A stretch of DNA of 64,000 nucleotides from Spirochaetia bacterium (GTDB taxonomy: Bacteria; Spirochaetota; Spirochaetia; SZUA-6; Bin103): positions 4,224,001 to 4,288,000 of the forward strand of contig CBDBDQ010000005.1 of NCBI GenBank assembly GCA_965203905.1, given 5' to 3'. The position numbers were made by a program, and so were the translations under genes. The notes beneath the pieces were generated by a model, which ran no database searches, had not been told where the DNA came from, and saw nothing but the letters and a program-made list of their open reading frames with translations. Position 1 is the stretch's first letter, and the number at the start of each line of letters is the position of its first letter. Of the stretch, positions 19,156 to 28,914 are shown piece by piece.

Positions 19156-19239
19156 ATGAAGCGCAGTGACACATCCCACCGCAGCCGCCGGTTCGCTCCA
19201 ACGCAACCGGTGCGTCCCCCCCGGCAGGCAGTCGCGTAA
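19156..19239 (+). CDS. Putative leader peptide C, MKRSDTSHRSRRFAPTQPVRPPRQAVA (27 aa)
   Basis: 13 of the first 22 aa identical, without gaps, to the uORF at 25347. Confidence 0.5.
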   Translation: MKRSDTSHRSRRFAPTQPVRPPRQAVA

Positions 19240-19559
19240 GCCACGCACAAGTAAGCAATAGCGTTACCCAACCCGGGCTGCGTGCAGCCTTGCGGCAGTA
19301 CCCGACACCTCCAATCCTCCGGCGTTGCCGGACCTGGGAGCGAAGCGCTGGCGACCGGCCGGTCCGTGCAAGGGGGTGTCCGTGACGAGATAGACCACGC
19401 CACGGGACCCGCGTAACGCCGCGTCGCGCACGCAGTTCCCGAGTAGCACATGGGCTGCCCGCCTCGCTAATGGCCGCCTGCGGTCGATGTAGGCAACGAG
19501 AGCAGGCGAGGGGCCGGGCCGTGAGATCGGAGAATGCTCTCGAACGAGATCGGAGGTAA

Positions 19560-21098
19560 TTCGCCCCGGTAGTCGAGAAACTCGTCATCGGCGACTGGGC
19601 GATCGGCGGGAGCGAGCATAACTGGCGCAGCTATAACGTGCCGTTCTCGGTCATGCAAGGACAGTTGGCGGAGAGTTGGGAAACGCCGGACGCCACCACG
19701 ATCATCGTCAAGGTCCGCCCGGGCGTTTACTGGCACGACAAGCCACCGATGAACGGTCGGGAGCTGACCGCCAGCGATATCGAGTTCAACTATCATCGCC
19801 TCTTGGGGCTCGGCAGCGGTTTCAGCGAACCCACGCCGTTCAGTTGGACACTCCCTGCCGTCACATCCGTGACGGCCACCGACAAATCGACGGTAGTCTT
19901 CAAGCTGACGAGGCCAGACCTCTTTGGGGTGCGCAAGGCATTCGACACGTGGGATACGTGGATCTACCCTCCGGAGGTCATCCAGCAACACGGCGACATG
20001 AAGGATTGCAGGAATCTGGTGGGCACCGGGCCCATGGAGCTGACGGACCTGGTGGAAGGCAGCTCTTGGACGTGGACCCGGGTTCCCGACTACTGGGGGT
20101 TCGACGAGAAGTTCCCGGACAACCGCCTGCCCTACGTCGACGAGCTGAACGCCCTGGTCATGCCGGATGCGGCGGCGCGGATCGCGGCCCTGCGCTCGGG
20201 TCAACTCGATATGTTGGCGACTCTCGGCGACTCTCAAATGAGGTCACTCGACCAGGTGGAGAGCCTGCGCCGGACCGATCCCGACATCAGGATGTGGGAG
20301 ATCGCGTTTCGGTCCGACAACGCATTCTCCTTCGTAAACCAGCAGAATCCGCCTTTCGATGACATCCGGGTACGCCGCGCCATGCAGATGGCTCTGGACC
20401 TGGAGACGATTGCGAACACCTACTTCAAGGGTTTGGCCGATCCGACGCCACAGGGAATGATCCACAGCGACAATGCCGGAACTGGCACGCCGTTCGACGA
20501 GTGGCCGGAGGAGGTCAAGCAGTACTACCGCTACGATCCGGAACGGGCCAAGCAGCTTCTGGCCGAGGCGGGCTATCCCGATGGCTTCAAGACCCGGCTG
20601 GACTATGGGAACCGCTTCGATGCGAACTACGCAGAGCTCGTCATTGGCTACTGGGGTGAGATTGGCGTCGACGTCGAGCTGTCCGTTAAACCCGGGCCGG
20701 AGATGGTAGCCATCCAGCGGGGGCATACGACGGACGGAATGATGCACTTTTCCAGCGCTGCCACCTACGCCGATGCCGGCACGCTGAAGGCGGTTTTCAC
20801 CTCCGGCTCCACCAGCAACTTTGGCAACATCAACGACCCGGATTTCGACGCTCTGATCGAACGCGCAGAGGCAGCCACGACGCTGGAGGAACGGAATCGG
20901 CTCACCAAAGAGGCGAATCTGTACGCCATAGCCCAGCACTGGGAAGCCGTGGGTCCGACCAGCCCGCAGTTCAACGTCGCCCAGCCGTGGGTCAAAGGCT
21001 ATGACGGGGAGATATCGCTCGGCATGCAGGGCCAGTTCTTGACGCTGACGGCCCGCGTCTGGATCGATCAGGATCTGAAGCGGGAGATGGGATTCTGA
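19560..21098 (+). pseudogene. 5'-truncated family-5 substrate-binding protein (signal peptide and N-terminus deleted)
   Basis: Frame open from 19560 (FAPVVEKLVIGDW...GQLAESWE), aligning to about residue 90 of the paralog at 26029; in-frame TAA at 19557 directly after an orphan GGAGG. Confidence 0.75.
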
Positions 21099-21121
21099 TT
21101 TAGCTGTTGGCACATGACGAA

Positions 21122-21151
21122 GTGGGATGGCGGCGCAGGCCGCCGTCCCAC
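21122..21151. other. Intercistronic hairpin between SBP and permease (also at 30319-30348)
   Basis: gtgggatggcggc-gcag-gccgccgtcccac. Confidence 0.6.
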
Positions 21152-21168
21152 ACCCGAGCCCGCCTGCA

Positions 21169-22134
21169 ATGCGAACCTACATCATCCGCCGCGTCCTGCT
21201 GCTGATCCCGACGTTCCTGCTGCTGACGGTCCTGGTGTTTCTCTCGGTGCGCTTCCTCCCCGGCGACGTCGTCGACGCCATGATGGACCGGCTGTCGAGG
21301 CGCGAAGGCGGGATGGAGCACTTCGACCGCGAGCGGGTCGAGCGCATGCTCGGGCTCGACGTGCCGGCGCCGGTGCAGTACGTGCGCTGGCTGGGCGGCA
21401 TCTTCCTGCACGGCACCCTGGGCGAGTCACTCCTTGGCGGAGTTGCGGTCGAAGAAAAGATCATCGGCCGGCTGGCGATCACCGTCGAGTTGGGCGTGCT
21501 GTCCATCCTCATCGGCCTGGTGATCGCGGTGCCGGTGGGCATCTACTCGGCGGTGCGGCAGGACACCGCGGGCGACTACGCCGGCCGTTCCATCGCCATC
21601 ATCGGCCTGGCCACGCCCAACTTCTGGCTCGCCACCCTGGTGCTGACCTTTCCCGCAATCTGGTGGGCGTGGGCGCCGCCGCTGCGCATGGTGGCGTTTG
21701 TCGACGACCCGCTGCGCAACCTCGGCCACATGCTCATTCCCAGCCTCATACTGGGCACCTACCTGTCGGCTACCGTGATGCGCATGACGCGCACCATGAT
21801 GCTGGAGGTGCTGCGCCAGGACTTCATCCGCACCGCCTGGGCGAAGGGACTGAAGGAGCGGGTGATCATCCTGCGGCACGTGATCAAGAACGCGCTGATC
21901 CCGGTGGTGACGCTGATCGGGCTGCAGTTGCCGATCCTGGTCGGCGGCTCGGTGATCATGGAGAACATGTTCGCGCTGCCGGGTCTGGGGCGGCTGATGC
22001 TGGAGGCCCTCACCGCGCGCGACTACCCGGTGGTGTCGGGCATCAACCTGTTCTTCGCGACCGCGGTGATGACGATCAACCTGTTGATCGACATCCTCTA
22101 CGGCTACCTGGACCCGCGGGTCCAGTACCGCTAG
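21169..22134 (+). CDS. ABC transporter permease (DppB-like)
   Basis: MRTYIIRR, LPGD, QDFIRTAWAKGL, DPRV. Confidence 0.92.
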   Translation: MRTYIIRRVLLLIPTFLLLTVLVFLSVRFLPGDVVDAMMDRLSRREGGMEHFDRERVERMLGLDVPAPVQYVRWLGGIFLHGTLGESLLGGVAVEEKIIGRLAITVELGVLSILIGLVIAVPVGIYSAVRQDTAGDYAGRSIAIIGLATPNFWLATLVLTFPAIWWAWAPPLRMVAFVDDPLRNLGHMLIPSLILGTYLSATVMRMTRTMMLEVLRQDFIRTAWAKGLKERVIILRHVIKNALIPVVTLIGLQLPILVGGSVIMENMFALPGLGRLMLEALTARDYPVVSGINLFFATAVMTINLLIDILYGYLDPRVQYR

Positions 22135-22228
22135 GAGGCTGGCGCGTGCGACAGACTCCTAGCGGACGGTGGGGATGGGCCGAAAGCGGCGCCGTGGCGA
22201 CGGTAGCGGGGCGGTGAGGGGGCCATCG

Positions 22229-23194
22229 ATGGGCGACCCATCCAGACCGCAGTCCAAACCCCGGCCCTTTCTGGTCGACCTGCTGCGGCGGCTGGTGCGG
22301 GAGCGCCCGCTGGGGGCGGCGAGCGCGGTGGTCATCCTGCTGCTGGCGGTGGTCGCCATCCTGGCCGACGTCCTGGCGCCCTTCCCGTTCGCCGAGATGC
22401 ACCTGGTCGACCGGCTGGGCGACCCGTCGGCTACCTACCTGCTGGGCACCGACCAGCTCGGCCGCGACGTGTTGAGCCGGCTGGTGTACGGCGCCCGCAC
22501 CTCGCTCGGGGTGGGCTTTGCCGCCACCCTGCTCAGCACCCTGGTGGCGCTGCTGGTCGGCGGCGTGGCCGGCTTCGTCGGCGGCAAGCTGGACATTCTC
22601 GTGCAGCGCTTCGTCGACGCCTGGATGTCCTTCCCCGGCCTGTTGCTGCTGCTGACGATCATCACCATCGTCGGCCAGGGCATCCTGCAGATCATCGTCG
22701 TGCTCGGCGTCACCTCCGGCATCGGCAACTCGCGCGTGATCCGCAGTGCCGTGATCGGCATCAAGGAGAACCCCTACTTCGAGGCCGCGCGCGCCATCGG
22801 CAGCGCTCCCTGGCACATCCTGAAGCACCACGTGTGGCCGAACATCACCGCGCCGGTGATCGTCGTGTTCTCGATCACGATCGGCGGCATCATCATCGCG
22901 GAGGCGTCGTTGAGCTTCCTGGGGTTCGGCCTGCCGACCACGGTGCCGAGCTGGGGCGGCATGCTGAGCCGCGAGGGGCGTCAATTCATGGAGATGGCGC
23001 CGCGTCTGGCGATGTGGCCGGGGGTGTGCCTGACGGTGGTGGTGTACTGCCTGAACATGTTCGGCGACGCGGTGCGCGACCTGCTCGACCCGCGGCTGCG
23101 GGGCGGTGGCGGCGGCGCCGGCCTCGGCAGCGGCGGCATGAGCGCCCGCGCCATCGAAGGCGCCCGCCGCGCCCTGCACAAGGCGGCGGGGTAG
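22229..23194 (+). CDS. ABC transporter permease (DppC-like)
   Basis: LLGTDQLGRD, EASLSFLGFG, WGGML, GDAVRDLLDP. Confidence 0.9.
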   Translation: MGDPSRPQSKPRPFLVDLLRRLVRERPLGAASAVVILLLAVVAILADVLAPFPFAEMHLVDRLGDPSATYLLGTDQLGRDVLSRLVYGARTSLGVGFAATLLSTLVALLVGGVAGFVGGKLDILVQRFVDAWMSFPGLLLLLTIITIVGQGILQIIVVLGVTSGIGNSRVIRSAVIGIKENPYFEAARAIGSAPWHILKHHVWPNITAPVIVVFSITIGGIIIAEASLSFLGFGLPTTVPSWGGMLSREGRQFMEMAPRLAMWPGVCLTVVVYCLNMFGDAVRDLLDPRLRGGGGGAGLGSGGMSARAIEGARRALHKAAG

Positions 23195-23209
23195 GCGGGC
23201 CGTACCTGT

Positions 23210-23270
23210 TGCCTCACCCAAACATCCACACGAAATAAAACGGGTGCCTCATGCAAATATCCACACGAAA
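23210..23270. repeat. Two imperfect 26-nt direct repeats (period 35) flanked by a short inverted repeat
   Basis: tgcctcacccaaacatccacacgaaa / tgcctcatgcaaatatccacacgaaa; acctgtt...aacaggt flanks. Confidence 0.7.
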
Positions 23271-23414
23271 CAGGTGGCGGTAAAGGGGTGGGTGATCCTC
23301 ATCGAACTCCCCCAACTGCCTCGATCCAGGCGAGCGCCTCGGCAAGAGCCGAATCGAGACCGGAGACCGACTGCGCTACTCGGGTCTAACCGCCGCAAGG
23401 CTCGCGAACCCCGA

Positions 23415-23786
23415 TCACGGCCGCGTTGCGACCCGGCGGAGTCTTATGCGTCCGGCGCGATAGACGGCGATAATCGGTGGCGTCCAGTCGATCTCTTCCG
23501 CTATTAGCGCGTCGATATCAGCTATCACGTCATCCGGTCGACGCCCTCCAGGTCTCATATACAAGATCCCCGTGAACGGTTCACCGCGATGCACGGCCAA
23601 TGTCCCAAAATCTGAATCATGGGTGATCACGAATCGAGACAGTGCGTACGCCCTTGCCAATATCTCGCTGTCAGTGGAATGGCCCCACCGCTCCTCGTGA
23701 GCCGAGATGACTGCGACGCCCCGTTCCCGGAGGAAGTGAACGACCGGAACCGCGATATTCATGTCAGCCACAAGTGGCGGCAGCAC
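23415..23786 (-). CDS. DUF5615 family PIN-like toxin
   Basis: LVADMNI, DSEIL, ITHDSDFG motifs; paired with DUF433. Confidence 0.85.
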   Translation of the reverse strand: MLPPLVADMNIAVPVVHFLRERGVAVISAHEERWGHSTDSEILARAYALSRFVITHDSDFGTLAVHRGEPFTGILYMRPGGRRPDDVIADIDALIAEEIDWTPPIIAVYRAGRIRLRRVATRP

Positions 23787-23787
23787 A

Positions 23788-24039
23788 CTAACGAACCGCC
23801 CCCGCCCGTTTCACTTCGATTATGACATCATTGTGAATTGCCTCTGCTGCGTATTGGATCGCTGATGTAACGTCGTCAATCGTGAGTTCAGGATACGAAT
23901 CAACGATCTCGTGCTGCGACATCCCATCAGCCAGCAAGCCCAGGATATGATCAACACTCAGGCGGGTTCCTTCGATAGTCGGCTTACCACCAAGGATTTC
24001 CGGATTGAGTACAATGCGGCGCACGGCTCCAACCTCCAC
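23788..24039 (-). CDS. DUF433 family antitoxin
   Basis: NPEILGGKPTIEGTRL..V; YPELTIDDV..A..YA. Confidence 0.9.
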   Translation of the reverse strand: MEVGAVRRIVLNPEILGGKPTIEGTRLSVDHILGLLADGMSQHEIVDSYPELTIDDVTSAIQYAAEAIHNDVIIEVKRAGAVR

Positions 24040-24124
24040 CGGACAGTACTACGGACACGTGAACACAATGTAGCATACCGGTGGCATATTCGCTCGGCAC
24101 GGGCAGGCCGGCTGAGGCCGGCAG

Positions 24125-24549
24125 CCGCTGGGGGCGGCGAGCGCGGTGGTGATCCTGCTGCTGGCGGTGGTCGCCATCCTGGCCGACGTCCTTGGCGCCC
24201 TTCCCGTTCGCCGAGATGCACCTGGTCGACCGGCTGGGCGACCCGTCGGCCACCTACCTGCTCGGCACCGACCAGTTCGGCCGCGACGTGCTGAGCCGGC
24301 TGGTGTACGGCGTCCGCACCTCGCTCGGGGTGGGCTTTGCCGCCACCCTGCTCAGCACCGTGGTGGCGCTGCTGGTGGGCGGCGTGGCCGGCTTCGTCGG
24401 CGGCAAGCTGGACATTCTCGTGCAGCGCTTCGTCGACGCCTGGATGACCTTCCCCGGCCTGTTGCTGCTGCTGACGATCATCACCATCGTCGGCCAGGGC
24501 ATCCTGCAGATCATCGTCGTGCTCGGCGTTACCTCCGGCATCGGCAACT
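24125..24549 (+). pseudogene. Internal fragment duplicate of the permease at 22229 (frameshifted)
   Basis: Near-identical to 22307-22730, with an extra T (gtccttggcg) and both ends missing. Confidence 0.85.
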
Positions 24550-24588
24550 ATCTTTCGCCAGGCTGGGTGGGACTGGAGAGAACGATGA
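24550..24588 (+). pseudogene. C-terminal remnant of a HicA-type toxin (IFRQAGWDWRER*)
   Basis: I..QAG is typical of the HicA C-terminus; its TGA overlaps the hicB ATG (ATGA). Confidence 0.6.
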
Positions 24589-25001
24589 ACTACCCGGTCG
24601 TGATCCACGAGGATGCGGACAGTGACTTTGGCGTGACAGTGCCGGATCTCCCGGGCTGTTTTTCCGTTGGCCAAACGATGGACGATGCCCTTACGAATGC
24701 CGCCGAGGCCATCATCACTCATGTAGAGGGGCTTCTCCTGGATGGCGAGCCCATTCCGGAGCCAACAAAGATCGAATCACATCGGGCCAACGCTGACTAT
24801 AGCGACGGCACATGGGCCATGGTGACCTTGGACCTCTCACGGGTGAGTGGCAAAGCACGGCGCATCAACGTCACCATTCCCGAACGAGTTCTGTCACGGG
24901 TGGACGACTATGCGAAGGAGACAGGTGATTCTCGATCGGGTCTGATGGCCGCCGCGGTGCTGGAATATATCAGCCAACGGCTCGAGAAAGAGGTGAGCTG
25001 A
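24585..25001 (+). CDS. hicB: HicB family antitoxin
   Basis: MNYPVVIHED...FGVTVPDLPGCFSVG..A.EAI; C-terminal RHH (RINVTIPERVLSRVD). Confidence 0.9.
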   Translation: MNYPVVIHEDADSDFGVTVPDLPGCFSVGQTMDDALTNAAEAIITHVEGLLLDGEPIPEPTKIESHRANADYSDGTWAMVTLDLSRVSGKARRINVTIPERVLSRVDDYAKETGDSRSGLMAAAVLEYISQRLEKEVS

Positions 25002-25291
25002 CAGATCCGGCTGCAAACCAGTCGCCCGAGGAGGCCAATTCCTCGGTCGCGCCGCTTCGGCAACGGTTTCGTGCGAAGCGACCGACGAGAGGCATTGGCA
25101 CGGTGGCAGGAGCGGTGGCGGTTCCCTGAGGGCCGCTGGGCTGAATCGTCGCGGACTCCGGACGCCGCGCCCCAAGCTGTCCAGAGCACAGCCGCCGTGC
25201 ACAGGGCAGCCGCGGGCTCGCTCGCCATGGCGCGGCGACGTTTCGATCTACGCCCAGCGCAAGGCGGTCACGTTTGGTGAGCTCCGAGTCG

Positions 25292-25320
25292 TTGACAGGG
25301 CGCCGCGCCCATGCAAGCAT
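25292..25320 (+). promoter_or_regulatory. Putative sigma70 promoter of SBP leader B
   Basis: TTGACA-17 nt-AAGCAT with TGn extension. Confidence 0.5.
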
Positions 25321-25346
25321 GCTTGGCCTGGGGTCGACGGATGCCC

Positions 25347-25445
25347 ATGAAGCGCCATGATGACAGTCAGCGCAGTGACGGGTTGGCGGTGACGCAGCCG
25401 ATGCACCCCCCCCCACCCACACTTTTCGAACCGACGAACAACTAA
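25347..25445 (+). CDS. Putative leader peptide B, MKRHDDSQRSDGLAVTQPMHPPPPTLFEPTNN (32 aa)
   Basis: Homologous to the uORFs at 10886 and 19156, with synonymous substitutions. Confidence 0.5.
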   Translation: MKRHDDSQRSDGLAVTQPMHPPPPTLFEPTNN

Positions 25446-25796
25446 CCGCTCCGGCTGATCGCCCCGTACGCAACCCCGCGCACGCCGTCGCCTTCACTAC
25501 CGCCGTAGCTGTCGGTGGCACCGGCTCCGTCCATCGCCGAACCGGCATGCGGGCCGCCCGCACCGTTATCGTCGACCGCGACCGTGCCGGATCCGCGCCC
25601 GCGACTGACTGCCGGCAAAACCCACCTCCGGCGTCGCCGGTCAATCAGACTCGCTGCTTCGCCGACCACCGCCGCGCGGGCGTTGTGACGCAGGTCCCGA
25701 CCTCCGGCGAGCGGTCGGCGTTTGCACGATCGGGCGCCCACCCGCTGCGCGCACCGCACCCCATCTTACGTCTATTGCCCACCCGAGACAGGCAGC

Positions 25797-26010
25797 TTCC
25801 GTCACGCATCTGGCAGGGCACCCTGTGCCCCAAGAGAGAGAGGTGCAAAATGATACTCAAAGAATCTCACGCGCGCGCGGCGTGAGCCCGGGTGAACCCG
25901 GCTGAGTCACACGCCGCGCGCTTCACAAATTGACTCAGACTGGCCGTCCGCGTTGCGGGCCCGAGAGTAGCCAGGGAGCGGCAGTCCGCTCCGCAATACT
26001 CCAAAAAACC
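25797..26010 (+). ncRNA. Candidate structured cis-regulatory RNA, copy B
   Basis: Homologous to 10946-11160; 12-bp stem 25873-25884/25910-25921. Confidence 0.45.
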
Positions 26011-26028
26011 TGATTTATGGAGAAAACC

Positions 26029-27858
26029 ATGAATGTTATCGTAAGCATCACCAGGAGCTTCGCAGTTGCGTTGGTCCTGGTGCTGGCCGCGACCGGCCTC
26101 TGGGCCGCTGGCGCTGAAGAGCAGCCGGCAGCCGCTGCCGACAAGAAGTATGTGACCGACCCCGCCACCGGCGAGGTGGTGGTGGCGCCACAGTACGGCG
26201 GGACATTGACCATCGCCCTGACGTCAACGCCCCCGGAAGTGGACAGCTGGTACGGGCATCCTTCGATGAGCGCCTACACTGGCGATGTAGAGAGGCTAGG
26301 CATCGCGAACTGGGGAATAGATAGGAGCGTGAATGATCTTAAAGGCACCTTCAGGTCTCCAGAAGTCCTCGTAGGGTTGCTGGCTGAAAGCTGGGATATT
26401 TCCCCGGACGGCCTCACCTATACCTTCCACATCCGCAAGGGCGTTCACTGGCATAATGAGGCGCCGGTGAACGGTCGGGAGCTAACTGCCTATGATATCG
26501 AATATAACTATCACCGCTATTTAGGTCTGGGCAGCGGCTTCACCGAAGGTAGCCCCTTTCTTGCCCAGTGGGAAGCACTTGACGATGTGGGAATCGAATC
26601 GATAACGGCCACCGACAACTATACGGTTGTTTTCAAGCTGGCGCGGCCACACCTCGATGCGCTGAAGGTTATCGTGATCACCAACCCTGCTGTTATCAAT
26701 GCTCCCGAGGTAATCAAGGAATATATAACTACTGAGGAGCCACACGGCCCTATTCCGGATTACAGGGCCCTGGTCGGCACCGGGCCCTTTATGCTGATTG
26801 ACTTGATCGAGGACACATCTATGACCTGGACCAAGAATCCTGACTACTGGCGCTACGACGAAAAGTACCCGGAGAACCGCTTGCCCTATGTCGACGAGAT
26901 AAGGGCCCTGGTTATACCAGAAGAAACAACACGTCTGGCGGCACTGCGCTCGGCTAAGATTGATCACATGGGTTGGATGTTTGGTAGTAATATTTCTATC
27001 GAGGTGGCAGAGGGCCTCAAGCGGACCAACCCGGAACTCCTGCTGCACGAGACTTCATTAGGTTCAATGAGTACTGCTTTTTTCAACACGCGCATTCCAC
27101 CCACTAACGACATCAGGGTGCGCCACGCAATGCAAATGGCACTGGACCTCGAGACCATTAACAATACCTACTTTAAGGGTGAAGCAAGTACGACACCTGA
27201 GGGGTGGTTAGGGAGAGGTTTGGTCGGGTATGTCACCGCATTTGAAGACTGGCCGGAAGACATCAAGCAATACTACAGGTATGACCCGGAAGGCGCAGAA
27301 GCGTTGCTTGATGAGGCTGGATATCCGCGCGGTGCCGACGGCATTAGATTCGGGACCGACTTGGAGGTCAGGTGGGATCCGGCGGGATTTTCATATGATT
27401 TGGGCTTTTTTGAAGTAGCCGCGCCATACTGGAAAGAGATTGGCATTGATGTAGAGGTGAAGCCGCTCGAAACGGCTGTTTGGGCCGCTCATATACGAGA
27501 AGCTACTTATGAAGGTCTCACCAGTCATAGCAACATGGAGTTCAGCCCTATCATTCCGCTAACACTACTTCTCTCGACCTCAACATGGAACATGCCCTTA
27601 ACACAGGACCCGGTTTATGACGCTATGGTTGAAGCCGTCCTCGACGCTACCACCCATGAGGAGCAGCAGAGGCTGGTTAGTGAGGCAAATATGTACATTA
27701 CAACAAACCACTGGCAGTTGTGGGGTCCTAGAGTACCTCAGTATAGAGTGAGCCAGCCGTGGCTCATCGGTTATAACGGTGAAGTGCCAGTGCAAGGTCT
27801 TAACATCCTCGCCCGCCTCTGGATTGACTCAGAGCTGAAGGCAGCAATGGGTCATTAG
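26029..27858 (+). CDS. ABC transporter family-5 substrate-binding protein
   Basis: Signal peptide (GLWAAG), PQYGGTL, LAESWD, GTGPF, NRLPYVD; alternative start 26017. Confidence 0.92.
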   Translation: MNVIVSITRSFAVALVLVLAATGLWAAGAEEQPAAAADKKYVTDPATGEVVVAPQYGGTLTIALTSTPPEVDSWYGHPSMSAYTGDVERLGIANWGIDRSVNDLKGTFRSPEVLVGLLAESWDISPDGLTYTFHIRKGVHWHNEAPVNGRELTAYDIEYNYHRYLGLGSGFTEGSPFLAQWEALDDVGIESITATDNYTVVFKLARPHLDALKVIVITNPAVINAPEVIKEYITTEEPHGPIPDYRALVGTGPFMLIDLIEDTSMTWTKNPDYWRYDEKYPENRLPYVDEIRALVIPEETTRLAALRSAKIDHMGWMFGSNISIEVAEGLKRTNPELLLHETSLGSMSTAFFNTRIPPTNDIRVRHAMQMALDLETINNTYFKGEASTTPEGWLGRGLVGYVTAFEDWPEDIKQYYRYDPEGAEALLDEAGYPRGADGIRFGTDLEVRWDPAGFSYDLGFFEVAAPYWKEIGIDVEVKPLETAVWAAHIREATYEGLTSHSNMEFSPIIPLTLLLSTSTWNMPLTQDPVYDAMVEAVLDATTHEEQQRLVSEANMYITTNHWQLWGPRVPQYRVSQPWLIGYNGEVPVQGLNILARLWIDSELKAAMGH

Positions 27859-27954
27859 CGTTTTCACACCTTTGTGGCTTAGCAAAAAGGGTGTCAGGGA
27901 GGTTGCGTGCGGAGCGCGCCTCCCGGCCCCTCACTTATTGAATAGGATGGCCCC

Positions 27955-28914
27955 GTGAAAGCCTATGTCATCAGGCGGTTATTGCTGATAATCCCCACCC
28001 TGTTTATATTGACCGTCCTGGTCTTTCTCTCGGTGCGCTTCATCCCGGGCGATGCAATAGACTTGATCTTTGCTGAGATGGGAGGCAGAAGTCAAAATAC
28101 GGACCGTGAAGCTCTTTTGCATATGCTGGGATTAGACGTTCCTGTCCACGTGCAGTATGGACGCTGGATAGGAGATATTTTTCTGCACGGCACCCTTGGC
28201 GAATCATTGTTTGGCGGCTATTATTCGATAGAGGAGAGGATATTACTTAGATTGCCGGTGACCATTGAGCTTGGCGTCTTGGCACTCGTAATCGGGCTAG
28301 CGATAGCGCTGCCAGTCGGCATCTACTCGGCAATTCGCCAGGATACTGCCGCCGACTACTTGGGGCGCTCCGTCGCCATCATGGGCCTGGCAACGCCTAA
28401 CTTCTGGCTGGGAATCATGGTCATGATCTACCCGGCAATCTGGTGGGGCTGGTCGCCACCGATGGAGTGGGTTCCTTTCACGGAAGACCTGCTGGGGAAT
28501 CTCGGGATTCTCATCATTCCCAGCCTGATTCTGGGGACGGCACTTTCCGCGGCCACCGTGCGGATAACGCGCACCATGATGCTGGAGGTGCTCAGGCAGG
28601 ACTATATCAGGACGGCCTGGTCAAAGGGTCTCAAGGAGAGGGTAGTTGTTATGAGACACGCCGTCAAGAATGCGCTCATCCCGATAGTCACCCTAATAGG
28701 TCTGCAGTTGCCGATCCTGGTCGGAGGCGCCGTGATCGTGGAGAGTATCTTCAACCTGCCCGGGATCGGTCGTCTCTTGGTGAATGCACTCCAAAGGAGA
28801 GACTACCCGGTGGTCTCCGGAGTAAACCTGTTCTTCGCCACCGGGGTCGTAGTGATCAATCTGATGATCGACCTTGTCTATACTTTCTTGGACCCCAGGG
28901 TCCGTTATAAATAG
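27955..28914 (+). CDS. ABC transporter permease (DppB-like)
   Basis: IPGD, QDYIRTAWSKGL, DPRV. Confidence 0.92.
   Translation: MKAYVIRRLLLIIPTLFILTVLVFLSVRFIPGDAIDLIFAEMGGRSQNTDREALLHMLGLDVPVHVQYGRWIGDIFLHGTLGESLFGGYYSIEERILLRLPVTIELGVLALVIGLAIALPVGIYSAIRQDTAADYLGRSVAIMGLATPNFWLGIMVMIYPAIWWGWSPPMEWVPFTEDLLGNLGILIIPSLILGTALSAATVRITRTMMLEVLRQDYIRTAWSKGLKERVVVMRHAVKNALIPIVTLIGLQLPILVGGAVIVESIFNLPGIGRLLVNALQRRDYPVVSGVNLFFATGVVVINLMIDLVYTFLDPRVRYK

Larger units (their letters stand above)
20997..22200 (+). repeat. Copy 1 of a near-identical ~1.2 kb duplication (SBP 3' end plus permease); copy 2 at 30194-31395
   Basis: Constant offset of 9197 nt; almost identical sequence. Confidence 0.9.

Noticed and set aside
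23210-23270. Possible mini-CRISPR array
   Set aside because: Only two imperfect repeats with a 9-nt gap; no cas genes.
24192-25001. Novel permease-HicB fusion protein
   Set aside because: Junction of a frameshifted permease fragment with a hicA remnant and hicB; hicB has its own start at 24585.
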